The notes below the pieces were generated by a model. That model was not told the DNA's origin, made no database searches, and was given only the letters and a program-made list of their open reading frames with translations. Made by a program: the position numbers and the translations under genes. From Paramecium tetraurelia (taxonomy: Eukaryota): a DNA stretch of 64,000 nt. Shown piece after piece: positions 13,142 to 27,394 of this stretch (position 1 is its first letter; each line of letters opens with the position of its first letter). The stretch is taken from positions 124,001 to 188,000 of the forward strand of contig CT868667.1 of assembly GCA_000165425.1 (NCBI GenBank). The letters are read 5' to 3'.

Positions 13142-13661
13142 AATCAGTATTAATATATCAATATATTATATATATGAAGATAAACAAATCAATTACAATA
13201 CCATTTTCAGACTCATCTATAGATAATTATCAAATCTAAACTTTGTAATTTATAGAAATCAATTTGTTTTGTAACTATTTAAATCAATATACTGTTAATA
13301 TAATATACTCTACTTATTAGAATATATTATATTAGCAATTAAAATAATAGAATTGCCAAAGGTTTAATTACTGAGAATTATTCCGAAACTGTATAAAAGG
13401 ATAAAATTACTGAAATTCATTTAGATGCCAATATAATCAAATACTTCTTAGTTGTCAACCTTTTAAATAATGATGTTATTTCTTTGATCTAAAATTTTAT
13501 ACTACATATTTCTCTTAGCATTTCGTTAAAAATGCTCAACTTATAACAAAAGGAATCTTTTATTGCTTCACTTTTAGTAGAATGTCCAGAATAATTTTGA
13601 TATTTCTCTTTTTTAGTAAGGATCGTATATATTAATTATATAAACAAATATATATAAAATT

Positions 13662-14300
13662 ATGTCAGATCTATGTCAAAATTGTAAGCATCGCTAACTC
13701 AAATCAAAAATGACAGGTAAGAAGTTTTCAATGCACATCTTAAATTAGATTCAACAATTACGATCTCCACGCAATATTGAAACACCTTTTATTAATGTTA
13801 TTGATTACTTACAAAAAATACATCGAAAAAAAGAAGATGACTAAGTTTAAGAACAAGAATCTGAAAAACAATTACAATACAGTCGAATTCCAACTCACGT
13901 ATCAAAACAGAAGACTGATGTTCAAGTAGAAGATGCCACCACAACTACCTCTAGATAGATTTTATTTCCAGTTTCATAATTCATTTCAAGAGGAGCATCT
14001 GCTACTAAAATTAAAAGCAGTGCATTTTACAAGATGAGATAAATGAGTCTAGGTTCTAGAGACAACAAAAGAAGGCGTAATATTGAAGTTGGACCTATGT
14101 TTAATTAAGTTTCTAAATATGTCCATCCAATGAGACCATAAACTGTGAGGAGCTTTAATTCAAAAATGGATGATATTTTTAGATCAACTTAAACTACCAC
14201 TAGATAAGAATTGATAAGACACAGTAAGTCAGAGATGAATCTTAGGTTGCCTGTCTCTAATAAATTAAGTGAAGTATAATCACTAATGAGAAGAGAGTGA
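13662..14300 (+). CDS. Hypothetical protein
   Basis: 639-nt ATG-TGA ORF in ciliate code with no recognised domain. Confidence 0.6.
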
Positions 14301-14367
14301 AATTATAATTGATATATGTACTATATATACCAAATTTCTCACTTTTTATGTGTTTGGAATGATCACT

Positions 14368-15262
14368 TCATAATGATGGGAAATCCTTATCATCGAATTG
14401 AACTCCATTATTTGGTTATTACTAATTATGATATTAATATTTACTTATTTCTTTTATCCTTTGTTATTCTAATCTTTTCTATCATTTCTGTCATTTCTGT
14501 CATTTCTATCATTTCTATCATTTCTTCTTGTATCATTTGTAAATCCGAAATATTATTAACCTTCTGTACTCATTTCACTTCTGTATCCCTATTACTAACC
14601 ACTTGATTTTTTTGTTGCCTTCTATTCCTTTTCTCTCTTCTCATCTTCTCTTGTTCTCATCACCTATAATTTCTCCTTTTTCAATGCCTCCTCATCGATC
14701 TTTACTACTGGTTATGCCTTCTACTACTACTTTTTAAGGACTTCTTCCACATTCTAAATAAATTATCATAAACTATTCTTTACCACTCCTCTTGCTTAAT
14801 AATAATCTGCTAATGTCTTCTCAGGTGGTGCTTATGGTACATTTTCCTATGGCTATTATTCTTCAGCCTATTATTATTCAGTATTTTATTCCTAGGGTGT
14901 TTCCTTTCCCTCAATTGCACCTTGGTACTTCTCCTACTTTAAATCGTCCTTATAATTTCCCCAATTTCTTCTTCCGCCACCTTCTTTACGAAGTTCCTTT
15001 CCAATTCCTGTTCCGGAGTGTCTGTCCTTTGGATGAGGATCAGCTGTTAGTCCCTTTTATTTTGGAGCTGGATTATGATGTTAAGTGCTTTCTTTCTTAA
15101 CTAATTCAACTGGAATCACTTATTCCTACTCGCGCTTTTATTTATCTAATAATTTATGAAAGATATGTTACTCTTCTTAGATTGTTATTATTGTGTTTTC
15201 TATTGAGTTTTAGAATCCTCATCATCTGAAATGTTAAGGACATTAAACATATTGGTGCTCAT
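14368..15262 (-). CDS. SERBP1/HABP4/Stm1-like mRNA/ribosome-binding protein
   Basis: N-terminal NMFNVL, motif DRHSGTGIGKELRKEGGGRRNWG and C-terminal DDKDFPSL. Confidence 0.85.
14476..14525. repeat. 9-nt coding tandem repeat (TTTCTRTCA)x~5 encoding (R-N-D)n
   Basis: ttctatcatttctgtcatttctgtcatttctatcatttctatcatttct, inside the SERBP1-like CDS. Confidence 0.85.
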
Positions 15263-16537
15263 TTTTAAAGATTTGAAAATTTAATAAAAATATGTATAAT
15301 TAATTCCAATACTAATTTTTTATAATAATCATCAAAATCATGTAATTTTCTACACCTTATTTAATACTCATATTCATCCTTATGATTGTGAAATCTATTC
15401 CAAACTTAATACTTTTAAACTAAGAATTTTTGCAAATTATCAAAAGTACTATTCTGATAGTGATAATCAATAATAGTGTGTTTTATTATAAAATTTGATA
15501 AATAAGATTTATAAATATGATAAAAATTCTCATTTATAATTTATGTGTCTTCTGTTTTATCAATAGACATATCAATTTTGATTATTAATATCTCATTTAC
15601 TATTGAATTATGAGATTCTAAATTTATCTAAATTCCAGCTTTAATTTTGATTATTACTTTTGCATTAGTAATTTACACTAATTTCTTGTCTTGATGCAAC
15701 GATATTGCTATCTATCTTATTTTGATAGTTAAGACAGTGTAAATAAAGCCTTGAATAATTTAATCACAACCATAAGAAAGACAGTGGATTAAATATGAAT
15801 TATTGTTATTAGATATTTGAATAAAAGAAGTGTAACTTACAATCATAAATTGATTTACCTATTTAGAAATTAAAGATAGGAGATCTTTTATCTAACTATA
15901 TTAAGATTTAGATGTAATATATTGAAAATAAACTTTCGTATTATTTAACGACCAAAATGTTCTATAATCAAACTCTTGGGTTTTCAGTAATACTCATTTT
16001 TTTATTTGCTCAGTATTGTTGCTACATTTTAAACATCTCTGTTTTTATATAAGAGTCTAGAATGCAAGTTGTTAAAATTTATCATTAACTAAAAATGAAG
16101 AATAAAGAATTGATTTATTGGATAAGAATTTAAAATCATACATTGACTCTGTATTAAAGAGAAGAATTTTAGCAGAAATAAGAGTACATTTTACAAGAAT
16201 TTATCGAAATTTCTGATCAATTTTGAGTTGGATCTATTAGATTCCTTGTACTAAACAATAAAATATTTATTAAAAGGATTTTGGACTGTTTTATCAAATA
16301 GTTGTTGTAATTAATATGATTTAAAAATAGTTGTAAGTAGTATATCTTTTCAATTCCAATTTCCATTTTATTATGTAATGATGATTTTTAACCAAATATC
16401 ATGTATTCAGCTCTCAATAATTTGAAGTTGATAGTTATCTTTGTACAAGAATTATATAATAATAGTAATGAGATGAATATTACATGTACAAAAAGTATTA
16501 AATTAGGTCCACTAATAATATATAATATATATTTAAA

Positions 16538-17864
16538 TCATTATCTATTCTTAAGTTATTTTCTCATTCTTTCATTGTCTTATCTTATCACTAATATCTA
16601 TTATATTAATATTATTTAAATACTTTGTCTTAGAGACTCTTTAAATCATTTTAAGTTAATTCTGATTCATTTATTATACCTTATAATCTTTAATTTTCAT
16701 CTTGAAGCAATTTCAATTTGTCATTACATTCTTCATATAATTTCAGTTTAATTTCTTCCTTTTGATATGATTATTTCAAAGCTTCTTCTTCTTTTCTACT
16801 TTTAATTAATTTTTCTTTAACAAGATCATTCTCTTATTTCTGTTTCTAAATAGTATTAGCCAGACTACTAGAATTTTTCAATTACAAGTTTAGTCTGTCA
16901 TTCTCTAAAATCAAGGTTTGGACTTTATTTTCCAACTCTTGAACCAAATCATTCAATTCCTAGGAGGTATCAATCTTAATTTTAGCTTCCAATTCTTCAC
17001 AACGTACTTTATAATTCTAGATTTCATTCTTCATAGCAGCCAATTAATTATAGGCCATTTTTCTATCATTCTAGTATTTGACTATGAGATCTCTTAATGC
17101 CATTACATCGGGTACCCTCATTAATTCTGCATTGTCAACTTACAATTATTTATTCATCTAATTTAGTAATTTAATCTTATCATCCAATTCCTTTATTAAT
17201 TAAGCTGATTGAACTCTCTATGCTTCGGATTCCAACTTCTAGATTTCTTAAGTCATTTTAACACTTTATTATTGTAATGTTTTCAATTCCTCTTGAAGAA
17301 CGAATGTATTGGTGTAATTGACTACTTTTTGTGAGCTTTATTACACCAAAGTTGGTTAAACAAAGGAAGATGAATGAGCAATATGTTTAGGCTATTATGG
17401 TGCTTGTACTTATGAAAAATAATGCTATTGTTTCTGATCTCGAGTATTTGGAGATTAGAATTAAATTTAGGGAGACTAAACTTGATGTTGAGGTGAGAGC
17501 AAATAGGGTTGACGATTTTGAGGAGATTGCAATATCTAAGCATTCTCATGTCTTTATTAAGGACTCATGGGGATGAAGGGAGGCAGTTTGGGAATTAAAA
17601 TTAATTGGGATCTTCCTTTTATGCCTGCTTTCCTCCTCCAACCTTGGAATTGTATCTTATATTTCAGATGCATTCGGAGTTTATTGAAGTGTCAGTTGCT
17701 TGGTGGAGTACCACTGGTTTGTTGACAATTTCCATATCACTGGCTGTCTTTTACACTAAGCCCTTATTCTCAACATTCGTGAAAGGGGAACGAACTTAGA
17801 ATTGATTGTATAATTGGGTTGGATTAGCGATTGGTTTATTTTTAGAGACTTAGAATTATTGCAT
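16538..17864 (-). CDS. Hypothetical protein with low-complexity N-terminus and C-terminal coiled coil
   Basis: Long open frame in ciliate code with Q/E/K/L heptads and a short intron near the 3' end. Confidence 0.65.
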
Positions 17865-17923
17865 GACTAACAGCCAAATTTTTATTAATAAGAAACTCAA
17901 TAATTTGGGTTCAATATATATAA

Positions 17924-18886
17924 TCATTTGTTATGATAACTTTTTGAAATATTGCAACATTTTGCAATGAATCCGGACATCTACAAAAAAGTCTGTAATC
18001 AATTCTAGCTTTCAGAAAGGCTGTTTATCGTAAGAATTCAAACTGAAGATCTCTGTCTCCATTATGATTTTAAATTAACTTTATTGAATGTATTGGTGAT
18101 GTCATAAGCCATATAACCATCATCAAAAATCGATTTCATAAGTGATTAAGCAGGTTAGAATTCCCCCTTTATCATATAACTTAGAATCTCCTTCAAATCA
18201 TCAATATTAGGCACATCACAAACTTTGAATACATTTTCTCGATTTACTAATCCAAATCCTGTAAATGTAGCCTATAAATTATTGATTGCTTGTCTCATAT
18301 CTCCTTCTGATGTAAATATTAATGCATCCAATCCATCCTTTGTGTAAGTAATACTCTCTTATTTATAATCTCCAACACTCTTTCTCTTATCTCACTCTCA
18401 CCCAACCGATTGAATCTCAAAATCAGCATCTGCTTTAGATTGCATCAATCAATTTAGTTGAATCATTACAAGATAATACAAATCTAGTAGAATTCGAATA
18501 ATCACTGATGAACATTCTTAATGCTTATTATGCTCCTTCTGTCAAACTGTCTGCTTCATCTAAAATTACTATTTTGTGTTGTCCTTCCTGTAAATTCACT
18601 TTCTTCTATGCAAACCCTTTTATTTGTTCTCTCACTGTCTCTATTCCTCTATCATCAGATGCATTCAATTCAAGCACACTTTCTTTTATTGAATCTCCCA
18701 ATATTTATCTTGCTAAACATAGTACACTACTTGTCTTCCCTATTCCAGGAGGGCCAACCAATATGATGGTAGGAAGATTTCCCATTTTTGCTATTACTCT
18801 TAATTTATCAACAAATCAGAATTGCCATGAACTTCATCCAGAGTTTTTGGCCTATACTTCTCTAACCAAATTAAATTGTTTTCCAT
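17924..18886 (-). pseudogene. RFC2: Replication factor C subunit 2 (yeast Rfc4-type) pseudogene with four indels
   Basis: [55 protein letters not shown] and LQMSG are all present but split across frames at about 18814, 18423, 18075 and 18000. Confidence 0.88.
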
Positions 18887-19451
18887 TTAGCGCTGAATTT
18901 TAAAATATTATTAAATAAGATCAAAATTATTATCTTCATTCTAATTATAGATATTCATCCATATACAATTCATTTGTATTGGCTTATATTGATATCACAA
19001 CACTTTGGGAGCATAAATAAGGATTCATTCAAACAATTTGATTATTAATCTGATGCTTTAATAATGTTGTACAACCATAAAAAATTAATATTGAGTATCC
19101 TAAATAATTCATTAAATACGATTCAATTTAATCATATATTCTAAACAAATTAATCCCATTATTTGATTACCATCGAAAATACAATTGCAAAGTACAGAAT
19201 TATAAATTGAGATTACCTTTTGTTAACGTTGTTTTTGATTGTTAATTTGAATGATACCCATAACCTAAAGTAAATAAGCATATTAATAAAGATTTTAGTA
19301 ATTATATAAGAATGTTCTAATGGAGATTAAGGATTGTATAAATTATCTTACTAATAATAAAAATGTGAATGATATTGCCCATAGTTATAAATTATTATTT
19401 ATTATTAGGATCTCAATTACATACTGTTTTTTAATTGATAATTTAATTTTA

Positions 19452-20441
19452 ATGATTTTGCCAACATCTATACTTTCAGTTTTATTAGGTTCTATCATAA
19501 CATCTTAAACTATGCTAAATTAATTTTAAGAGTGGAAAACTGAATTTAACAAAAATTATTAATCCAAATACGAAGAAATCTATAGATTTTAAATTTATAT
19601 TGCTAATTTAGAAATTATTCAAACACATAACTCTAACAATAACTATTCGTATACCTTAGGAGAAAATTAGTTTATGGATCTCACTAATGACGAATTCTTA
19701 GAAATATATGCCTCCAAAGATGCTCAAGAGTAGACTCCTTTTTCAAACAAAAATTCTGATATAATACTTACTCATAAAACAGGTAAAAAAGTGGTTCTTT
19801 ATGATTGGAGTGATTACTGCATGTCGCCAAAAGATTAAGGCAATTGTGGAGCAGGATGGGCTTTTGCAACAGCTGAGATCATGGAATGCTATTTTATTAT
19901 CGATTCAGGATAAGCATATTTTAAAAAATTTTCGCAGTAGTAATTGATAGATTGTGTGGATGGGAATTATGGTTGTGAAACTAGATCGATGAATGATATT
20001 ATTAATGCATTTGAGTATGCTAATGAAGATCATATTTCTGAATTAGATTACTACCCTTAAACTGGAAGATAAGATGCATGCAAAGGAATAAGAGGATAGC
20101 ATACTTATGCTCTGACTTAATTTGAAACTATTTAACGTGACATATACACCTTAATTGATTCACTTAGTAATGGACCAGTAGTAGCAGGCTTTGATATCAG
20201 CGGATGGTAATTTTACAAGGATGGAATATATGATTGCTTTTTAGATAAGAAACCAAATCATCATGCTATAATTATTAAGGTTTTAGCTCTCCATGATGAA
20301 TAAGATAAAGACTACATAGAAATATAAAATTCTTGGGGGTAAAACTGGGGCAGGAAAGGATTAATTAAGTATAGTCTCAAGTACGATTGTAATGCCTTTG
20401 ATAGACCGATTTATAGATCATTTAAGATATAAGTACATTGA
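19452..20441 (+). CDS. Cathepsin L-like papain-family protein, predicted catalytically inactive
   Basis: Signal peptide, I29 prodomain (FQEWKTEFNKNY...ENQFMDLTNDEF), QGNCGAGWAF, SQQQLIDC, NHHAI and QNSWG. Intronless 990-nt ORF. Confidence 0.9.
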
Positions 20442-21373
20442 TGTATGAATAACATTAATCTCAAGTTTCATCCTATTTATTATACCTAATGTTCCAATCC
20501 TTTTAATATATGTTTATCTATTTTCTGATAGTTGCATCTAAATTGTTTAACAAATTTAAATGATCTCATTCACAAAATATTAATAATTAAGAAGGTTCTC
20601 ACAACCCCTTTGATAGATCCTGTTTGATTCTTCACCTAGTGATGCAATTTCTTTTGCTCCAGATGTTATTTATTGAAAATACCTTATTGTTAAAATTCAA
20701 ATTACTCTTTATGTTTATTTGTTAACATGGTAGTATTTATCTATAGTTAAGTAATCTATCAATAGTTTTGGGAAAAAAATACATTTTATAACCTACAATA
20801 TTTTCATAACAGTGCACCATGATTCGGAATTTGTTTATATATTTTAATAAAAGTAAGACATTTTTGAAGAATAAAAATAGAAAAGGATCAAACTAGTTCC
20901 ATGTTCAAATGATAATTTTGAGTTTCAAATGACAATAATCTAGAATGGCGTGGTATGTTTTGGTCACGGTTAAACTGTGTATATTGTATCATTAACAAAA
21001 ACTCAGGAAATAGTGTTATCATCAGATCCAATAAGTCAAAATCTATAGAATAAGTTGGGCAATTATTGCGGTGTCGCTAACTATAAAAATATATTAATTT
21101 GGACACCAAATTGTCATGTATATGAATTAATTGTTTGAGGATCATGATTTGTCATTTTATTATTCATAATCAATATCCATTAAGAATAAGTATTTTCTAA
21201 AGTGTAAACAATCATTAAAAGTTATTAGATTAATAAGAATAATATATTATCATTATTAATTAATTATATTAATAGCGATCACTATTGTCTGATTATTAAG
21301 TAATTCTAGATCTAACCAATGTTTAGAATGTTTCAGAAATAATATCAAATTAGTTATGATATCCTGTATTGAT

Positions 21374-23278
21374 TCATACTTGTGATGAAGGATGAAAAGT
21401 TGATATCAAAATAAAATTGTGGATATTTATCGAACTTCGAAACTTGAATCTTTGACAAAGTGATTTTAAGTAAGATGTCTAATTTTATCTCTTACCCCAA
21501 ATTACTATTTTGTTATCCTAACCACATGAAACCAAAATATCATCTTTTTGGTTTAAAGCTAAAGCCATCACTGATTTTTCATGTTTCTTCAGCGAATATT
21601 GGAAGCTCATTCGATTATTTGTTAATTACAATTCCCAATAATTTATCAATCCATCTGAACTTGCTGTAAATAAGTATTTAGTATTATTATTTTTTGATTA
21701 TTCCAAAATTATAAAATTAATTTAATCTGTATGATTTTTATATTGGGGTGATTCGAAGTGAAAATTTTAGATATTTTCAATATTTTGATAAAAATTCATT
21801 TAGGGCTTTAATATTTTCCAATATTATAACTTTCCATCATTATAACCAGCTATGAAGCAATTAGCAATTTAACAATCAGCAAAACAAGTTACAAATTGCT
21901 TTGGTTAAAGAAATAAAATTTTCTTTGCTAAACGCTAATTTATTGAATGATGTATTTCGATACAATTGTTTACTCCTTTTAATAATAAAGAATCTAAATT
22001 AGTAACTAATGCACAATTAGGTTTAACATTAATATCATTCCAAATAGTGTTTAAAGGCAATTTTTTCCAATATATTTCTCTCTAAATTTACAAGTCTGCG
22101 ATTTTTGGTTAATTATCTTTAGATTTTTAAATAAAGAGATGTTTTTCTTAGATTATCTTTATTGAATTTTATAATTTTGATACCAAATCTTTTACAAAAA
22201 CAAGAATTCTAAGCTATTAATCACCTATTTAGCATTCTGGAATAGATTAATCCTTTTCACTTAACATTTAGCATAAATTTTAGTAGTTGCTAAGATTGGA
22301 GCATTCGGATCTTTAAACCTTGCAAATAAAATCTAAAATTGATTTTTATTCCTAATTTTACAATTAGAATGTTAAATTATTTAATTGGGAGAAAAATGAA
22401 AATTAAAGGTCCTTTATTAAACTTAACCAATGCTTCTAAATCACTTTTATAAATTTCTGAGAATTCTTTTACAACTATCTATTCTGATCTATAAAATACT
22501 AATCTAAGACTTTCTTCAATTCTTCAATAGACTCTCCTTTTCCCTTGCATTTCTTACAGTAAACTCTCTATTCTAATGGAAAATTTTTTTAAATATTAAA
22601 AGAACTTATTGGTAAATTATGGGATTTACATACAATATTTTCAAAATCCTAATTAATTAAAAAAAATACATTTAATTAATTTTTTCTGAATTGCTCAGCA
22701 ATTTTGTATGAATTCCAAAATATATTAAGGTTTTATGAAAAGATTTCATTAAATTAATTGTTCATAGCAAATTTGTTAAGAATTGCATTCAGTTCGTCGA
22801 ATTGGGTCTAAAGTTTTTTCTGTGTAATATTATCTATTAATATTATTGAAGAGACTATTTGGTATACGTTATACTTGATCCAACCTTCCTAATTATCACT
22901 CATGTCGTCCAATACTTCTAAAAATTTCTTATTTTCTTGTGAAAATTGTTAATCTTTAATACTAATAACCCATTCATCAATAGTTTCGATCAAAGAATCA
23001 TAAATGCTTATGGTGTAATTTTTTTATTCTTAAATATCTTTCTTCCATTTATTCACCTTTAAAATTTCCTCATTAATCATTCCAAATATTGTTGTGTTCA
23101 ACTTCTACTTATTTTAGTCCACCATCTCCAAAGCTTTCTTATATCCGATCACTGTTCCAAAATGTTATTATTCTTCTATGCATTATGAGCATAAATATCT
23201 GTCTTCAGGTTTTCATTTTGGATTAAGAATTATTTGGATGATAGGTAGATTGTGATTTTTTGAGCATTGATGATCCAT
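21374..23278 (-). CDS. Cys/His N-terminal motif + coiled coil + WD40 repeats (3' end uncertain, possibly truncated)
   Basis: MDHQCSKNHNLPI...LCSQC at the start. WD-like units FTASSDGLINYWEL and HEKSVMALALNQKDDILVSCGQDNKIVIW near the end. Confidence 0.6.
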
Positions 23279-23389
23279 ATTGTTGTTGACTTTAAATTAT
23301 TTCTAATATTATGATTATATTATTAAAAAATAATTGAATAATTTTGATAACCCTCATTATTGATTGAAAATTCAATTCAAAATATGGTT

Positions 23390-24413
23390 GATTGATATCG
23401 AAAGTTTGAGCAATAGTTTTGAATTAATTTTAAATGGTATTTCTCAAATCCTTTCTAATAATTCTTACAATTCGATTTTGTTCTGTGATATGCTCCTTAA
23501 CACAGCATTTAAAATTTAGATTGGAATATTAGCCACAATCAAAGTGAGTTGAAAATACAATTGGCTCCTTAATAATTAATAAGTCAAAATCCCTATAGGG
23601 GAATATTTCGATTTAATTTGTGCATTTTAAGTTCCGAGTTTAATTGTAAATATTGTTTAAGGCCATTAAACAGTCAAAGTTTAGTTTGCATCGATGACCA
23701 GGTTTTTGAAAATGGTGAGTAGTATAAAACCCTATTATCATTAAATAGGTTTTAAACTAACTGTTTCATTCTTAATAGTTTTATCCTTTTATCTCTAGAT
23801 GTAGTATCTATTGTCACTATCAAGAAATTTACAATCTGAAATGTTGTTTCGCATCCAAATCTAAATTTCTAATAATTTCAAACTGCAACATGCATCTTTA
23901 TATTTTTATTTCCATTCTTCAATTTATGTCATTATTGATGAATTACAAATTCTAACCTCTCTATTCTCTACTTAATAATATTGAAATCTGCATTGATAAT
24001 TTAATCAAGCAATTCTTATTCCTCCTTTGTTAATTTTGAATTCAAATCAGACAGCTTTTTTTTTCTCTTACTTATGGTGTTTATAGTAAACTATTGGTGT
24101 GAATAAAGTATTGAGGAATTGAAGTGTAAGTTAAATTTCTATTCAGCTTGTAGGATCCTCAATTCTAAAATTTGCATTTTCCTTATTAATTATTGATTAT
24201 CCTATGTTATTATCCTTTTAGCATTATTTGATTTAAACTATTTTCAGTAGGTTGGGAGGAGACATTAAGTTTCTTGACATTTTTCAGGATATTGTATTTT
24301 TAAGTTGTCGAAGGAGTCATTTCTGTAAATGTTGGTTCCTGTATGGGCTTATGATCTAGAGAATTTTAGAGTAAGGATGAAAATTGTTTAATTTTAGGAG
24401 TAGACCCAAACAT
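23390..24413 (-). other. Hypothetical gene or decaying pseudogene
   Basis: Starts MFGSTPKIKQF with coding-like segments, but I could not join the frames with plausible introns. Confidence 0.3.
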
Positions 24414-24481
24414 TGTAGCTGTTAAATTATAAATATATTATATTAGGATTGTGTATCGATATATACATAAATAAATTTATA

Positions 24482-26747
24482 ATGAAATCAAAACAATATT
24501 TTTCATAGACTTAGGATTCGGATGAATACAAGGCATAGATCAAGTTATTAGAAGAGATGAATGTAAGACACATACTAATAAATAGGAGAAATTGACTTAA
24601 GAGAATTGTGATTTAATACGTGAAATAACACATTATCAAATACAATTAAGGGAAAAGGATTCGTATATTGAGTAGTTGGGAATAGAGAATAGAACATTGA
24701 AATTTGAATTGAAAGTAAATTAGTTAAAAATCAAAGTTAGCTTTGAAAAAAGAAGATTTATATAGTACAGTAACGTTGGATCGATACAAGAAGTCGTTTT
24801 CAACAATTTAGCCTTAAAGTACTTAAGATTTATTTCAATTTAGGGAAACGTATATTTGAGACCAAGATGACAACTTTGCATATGAATTACTTGAGTCCAA
24901 AGAAATGCGGCAATTCGAAAGAAGACTTTATCAGTCCTGAAGCAGGGGAATTTGGAAAATCAATGGATAATGGATTAAATTAAGTTGAGGGATAGGATGC
25001 TAAAGAAATTAATAATGATAATTTATCTCAATCAAATTAGAACTACTCTAAATTAGGATTAGAAATATCTAAAGGTGAGGGATCTAATTCTACTCCATAG
25101 TAATTATTATAAGAACCTATTGTAATCAAATAAGATTTATCATAATCATAATAATTGAAATAGAATTAATATTCCTTATTTGAAGAATTCCTAATTATCA
25201 GTATTTCAAAATCAACATTGAATGGATTAACTAATGATATTTTCGAAGCAGGAGAAGCGAATTTAATGCCTGAGATTTTGTTTCAACATTCATCTGCTGA
25301 TTCTTGTTATAAGGAATAATTGTTATTATTGGCATAATAGATACATCCATATGGACTTAAAGTAAGATTGGAATAGAAAACTCAATCAATGAGTAATTTG
25401 AATTCGTACATCAATATATTATATACTTTAGAATTCTAATGGGTGGTCAAAATTATGATAGATTAGCAGGTGCATATGTAATTACCATGTAATCAGAATA
25501 AACATTTAATAAAAGTGTGGTGCTTAATAATAAAACTTAAGTAAATCTTGATAACATATGTGATCTAATCTCAATTACAAATATCAATCATCAATTATAT
25601 TGTGTTTGTGTTGATGTGCCTGATTTCTATGATTGTAATGTTGGCAACAATACCACTAAATTAAAGAAGAAATATTTTTATTCATTATCTAAAACTTATT
25701 GCTTCATTACTAAAGCACCAATTATTGATTTCTTTATTGAAACTATCAAGATTATAATAAGTATCTATTATTCTTATATAGGTACATTAAAATTCAAAAA
25801 AGCAGAGATCTATTCAATGGTTTCAGAATTCGAGGAGACTTTAGGGGATATTGATAACTATTTCTATACAGTAACTATTGTATTTGTATAATATTAGTCA
25901 TTCAAACTAGAACTATATAATTTTTTAACAGAATTGCAGTATTCAAAATTGATAAGTAAATGCAATTACAAATTTTTATAAACTCCATTACAATTTCAAC
26001 ACATTCATAGTTCAAATGTTGAAAACTATGAAATAGAATGGGCTATTTCTTATGCATTTTTAAATATGGAATTGCCCCATTATTTAATTTTATTAATCAA
26101 TATGATGTTGGAACAACATATCTGTATTATAAGTAGTAATCGTACCTTATTGAGCTCTTTATTGTAATTTTGAGTGTATATATTATAGAATGATATTGCC
26201 ACATATGATTAAACCTTTTTAGCACATATAACCTACCATTCATGTTTTAACTGCTTAATTGATGCCAATTCTTGATTCTCCTGTTCCAATTATTTGTGGA
26301 ATAGTCAAAGACAGTGAAAAGGGATTACAAAATTTAGGTATTGAAGATATTGATTCTTTTTGTGAAGAATAATCTCAAATTCTATTCTTTGATGCTAACA
26401 AACTCAAGTTTTATAATTTGTCAGCAAATCTTACAGAGTGTAAAATATACACCACTCTATTTGATAAATTATTCAAAACATACTAATAAATACGCCAATT
26501 AAGTGTTCCAGGACACTATTTAGCAGATAGTAATGATACAACAATGAATTTGAGTTTTTAAATCTTAGATGACACTAAAACGTATATATAAGACAACTTA
26601 CTCCCTTTGATTCCAAACGATGATGGTGAAATTAATCTTAATCAAATTTTAGATAGCATACTTAGCTCAACTTAGGATCAAATTCTAAAATAAATCACAT
26701 AAACCCAATATTTCTCCTACTATATCTAATAGAAATTCAAACTTTGA
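24482..26747 (+). CDS. DENN-domain protein (putative Rab GEF) with N-terminal coiled coil
   Basis: LFEEFLII, LYCVCV, KTYCFIT, MMLETHICIISSN, IKPFQHIQPTIHVL and ILDSPVPIICGI. Multiple tiny introns. Confidence 0.85.
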
Positions 26748-26813
26748 TGAATTATTAATTAGTTCATCTAAAATTAAATTAAAGATCAATATAATATGTA
26801 TGTATATAGTGAC

Positions 26814-27394
26814 TCACAATTTGTTTTCTAAATATTAGACTACTAGTTGAGGATATTTAGTTTTCATAACCAAAATATTTACATCATTTGTTTTTCCATC
26901 ATTCATCTCAACTCTAAATATGTTGTCTTTGTGTCCAAGTATGATTTTTGGATCCAAGGGAATTTTGTCACCTTGTTCAGACGTAGGATCTTCTTTATTT
27001 TTAATAATGTTTATCCTAATATTCTAATTGCGTTTATGAGTAAACCCATACTAAATGAACTCGACTTATAGATCTTACCTGAATTCACTCTTTATATTGT
27101 AGAGTATACTATCGAGTCCAATCAAATCATTTTCCTTTATGAAAACTTCATCTATTCGTCCAGGCCATCTATTATAAAGTTCCATCAATTCTCCTTGATA
27201 TGAAATTTTGAGAGCAATATAACAATTATACACATAATCACCTTCATCTTATAATGATGTGGACAAGTATTACTAATGAAGACTTCTATTACTTTGGCTG
27301 TTTTGGTTTGGATTGGCTAATCCAATAAATCTCTAAGAGTGATGTTCATTCCATTTGAGTTCGAAGTGATTTTGGAATATTCATCCACTTACAT
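26814..27394 (-). CDS. Putative divergent HP1-like protein (chromo-like + chromo-shadow-like domains), one 20-nt intron
   Basis: Spliced 186-aa ORF. EGDYVYNCYIALKISYQGELMELYNRWPGRIDEVFIKENDL resembles a chromodomain. PKIILG...MKTKYPQLVVQYLENKL resembles a chromo-shadow domain. Confidence 0.55.

Noticed and set aside
14316..15100. Hydrophobic plus-strand ORFs (also 18508-18903, 41262-41516, 45989-46345, 50674-50946)
   Set aside because: Antisense shadows of real minus-strand genes.
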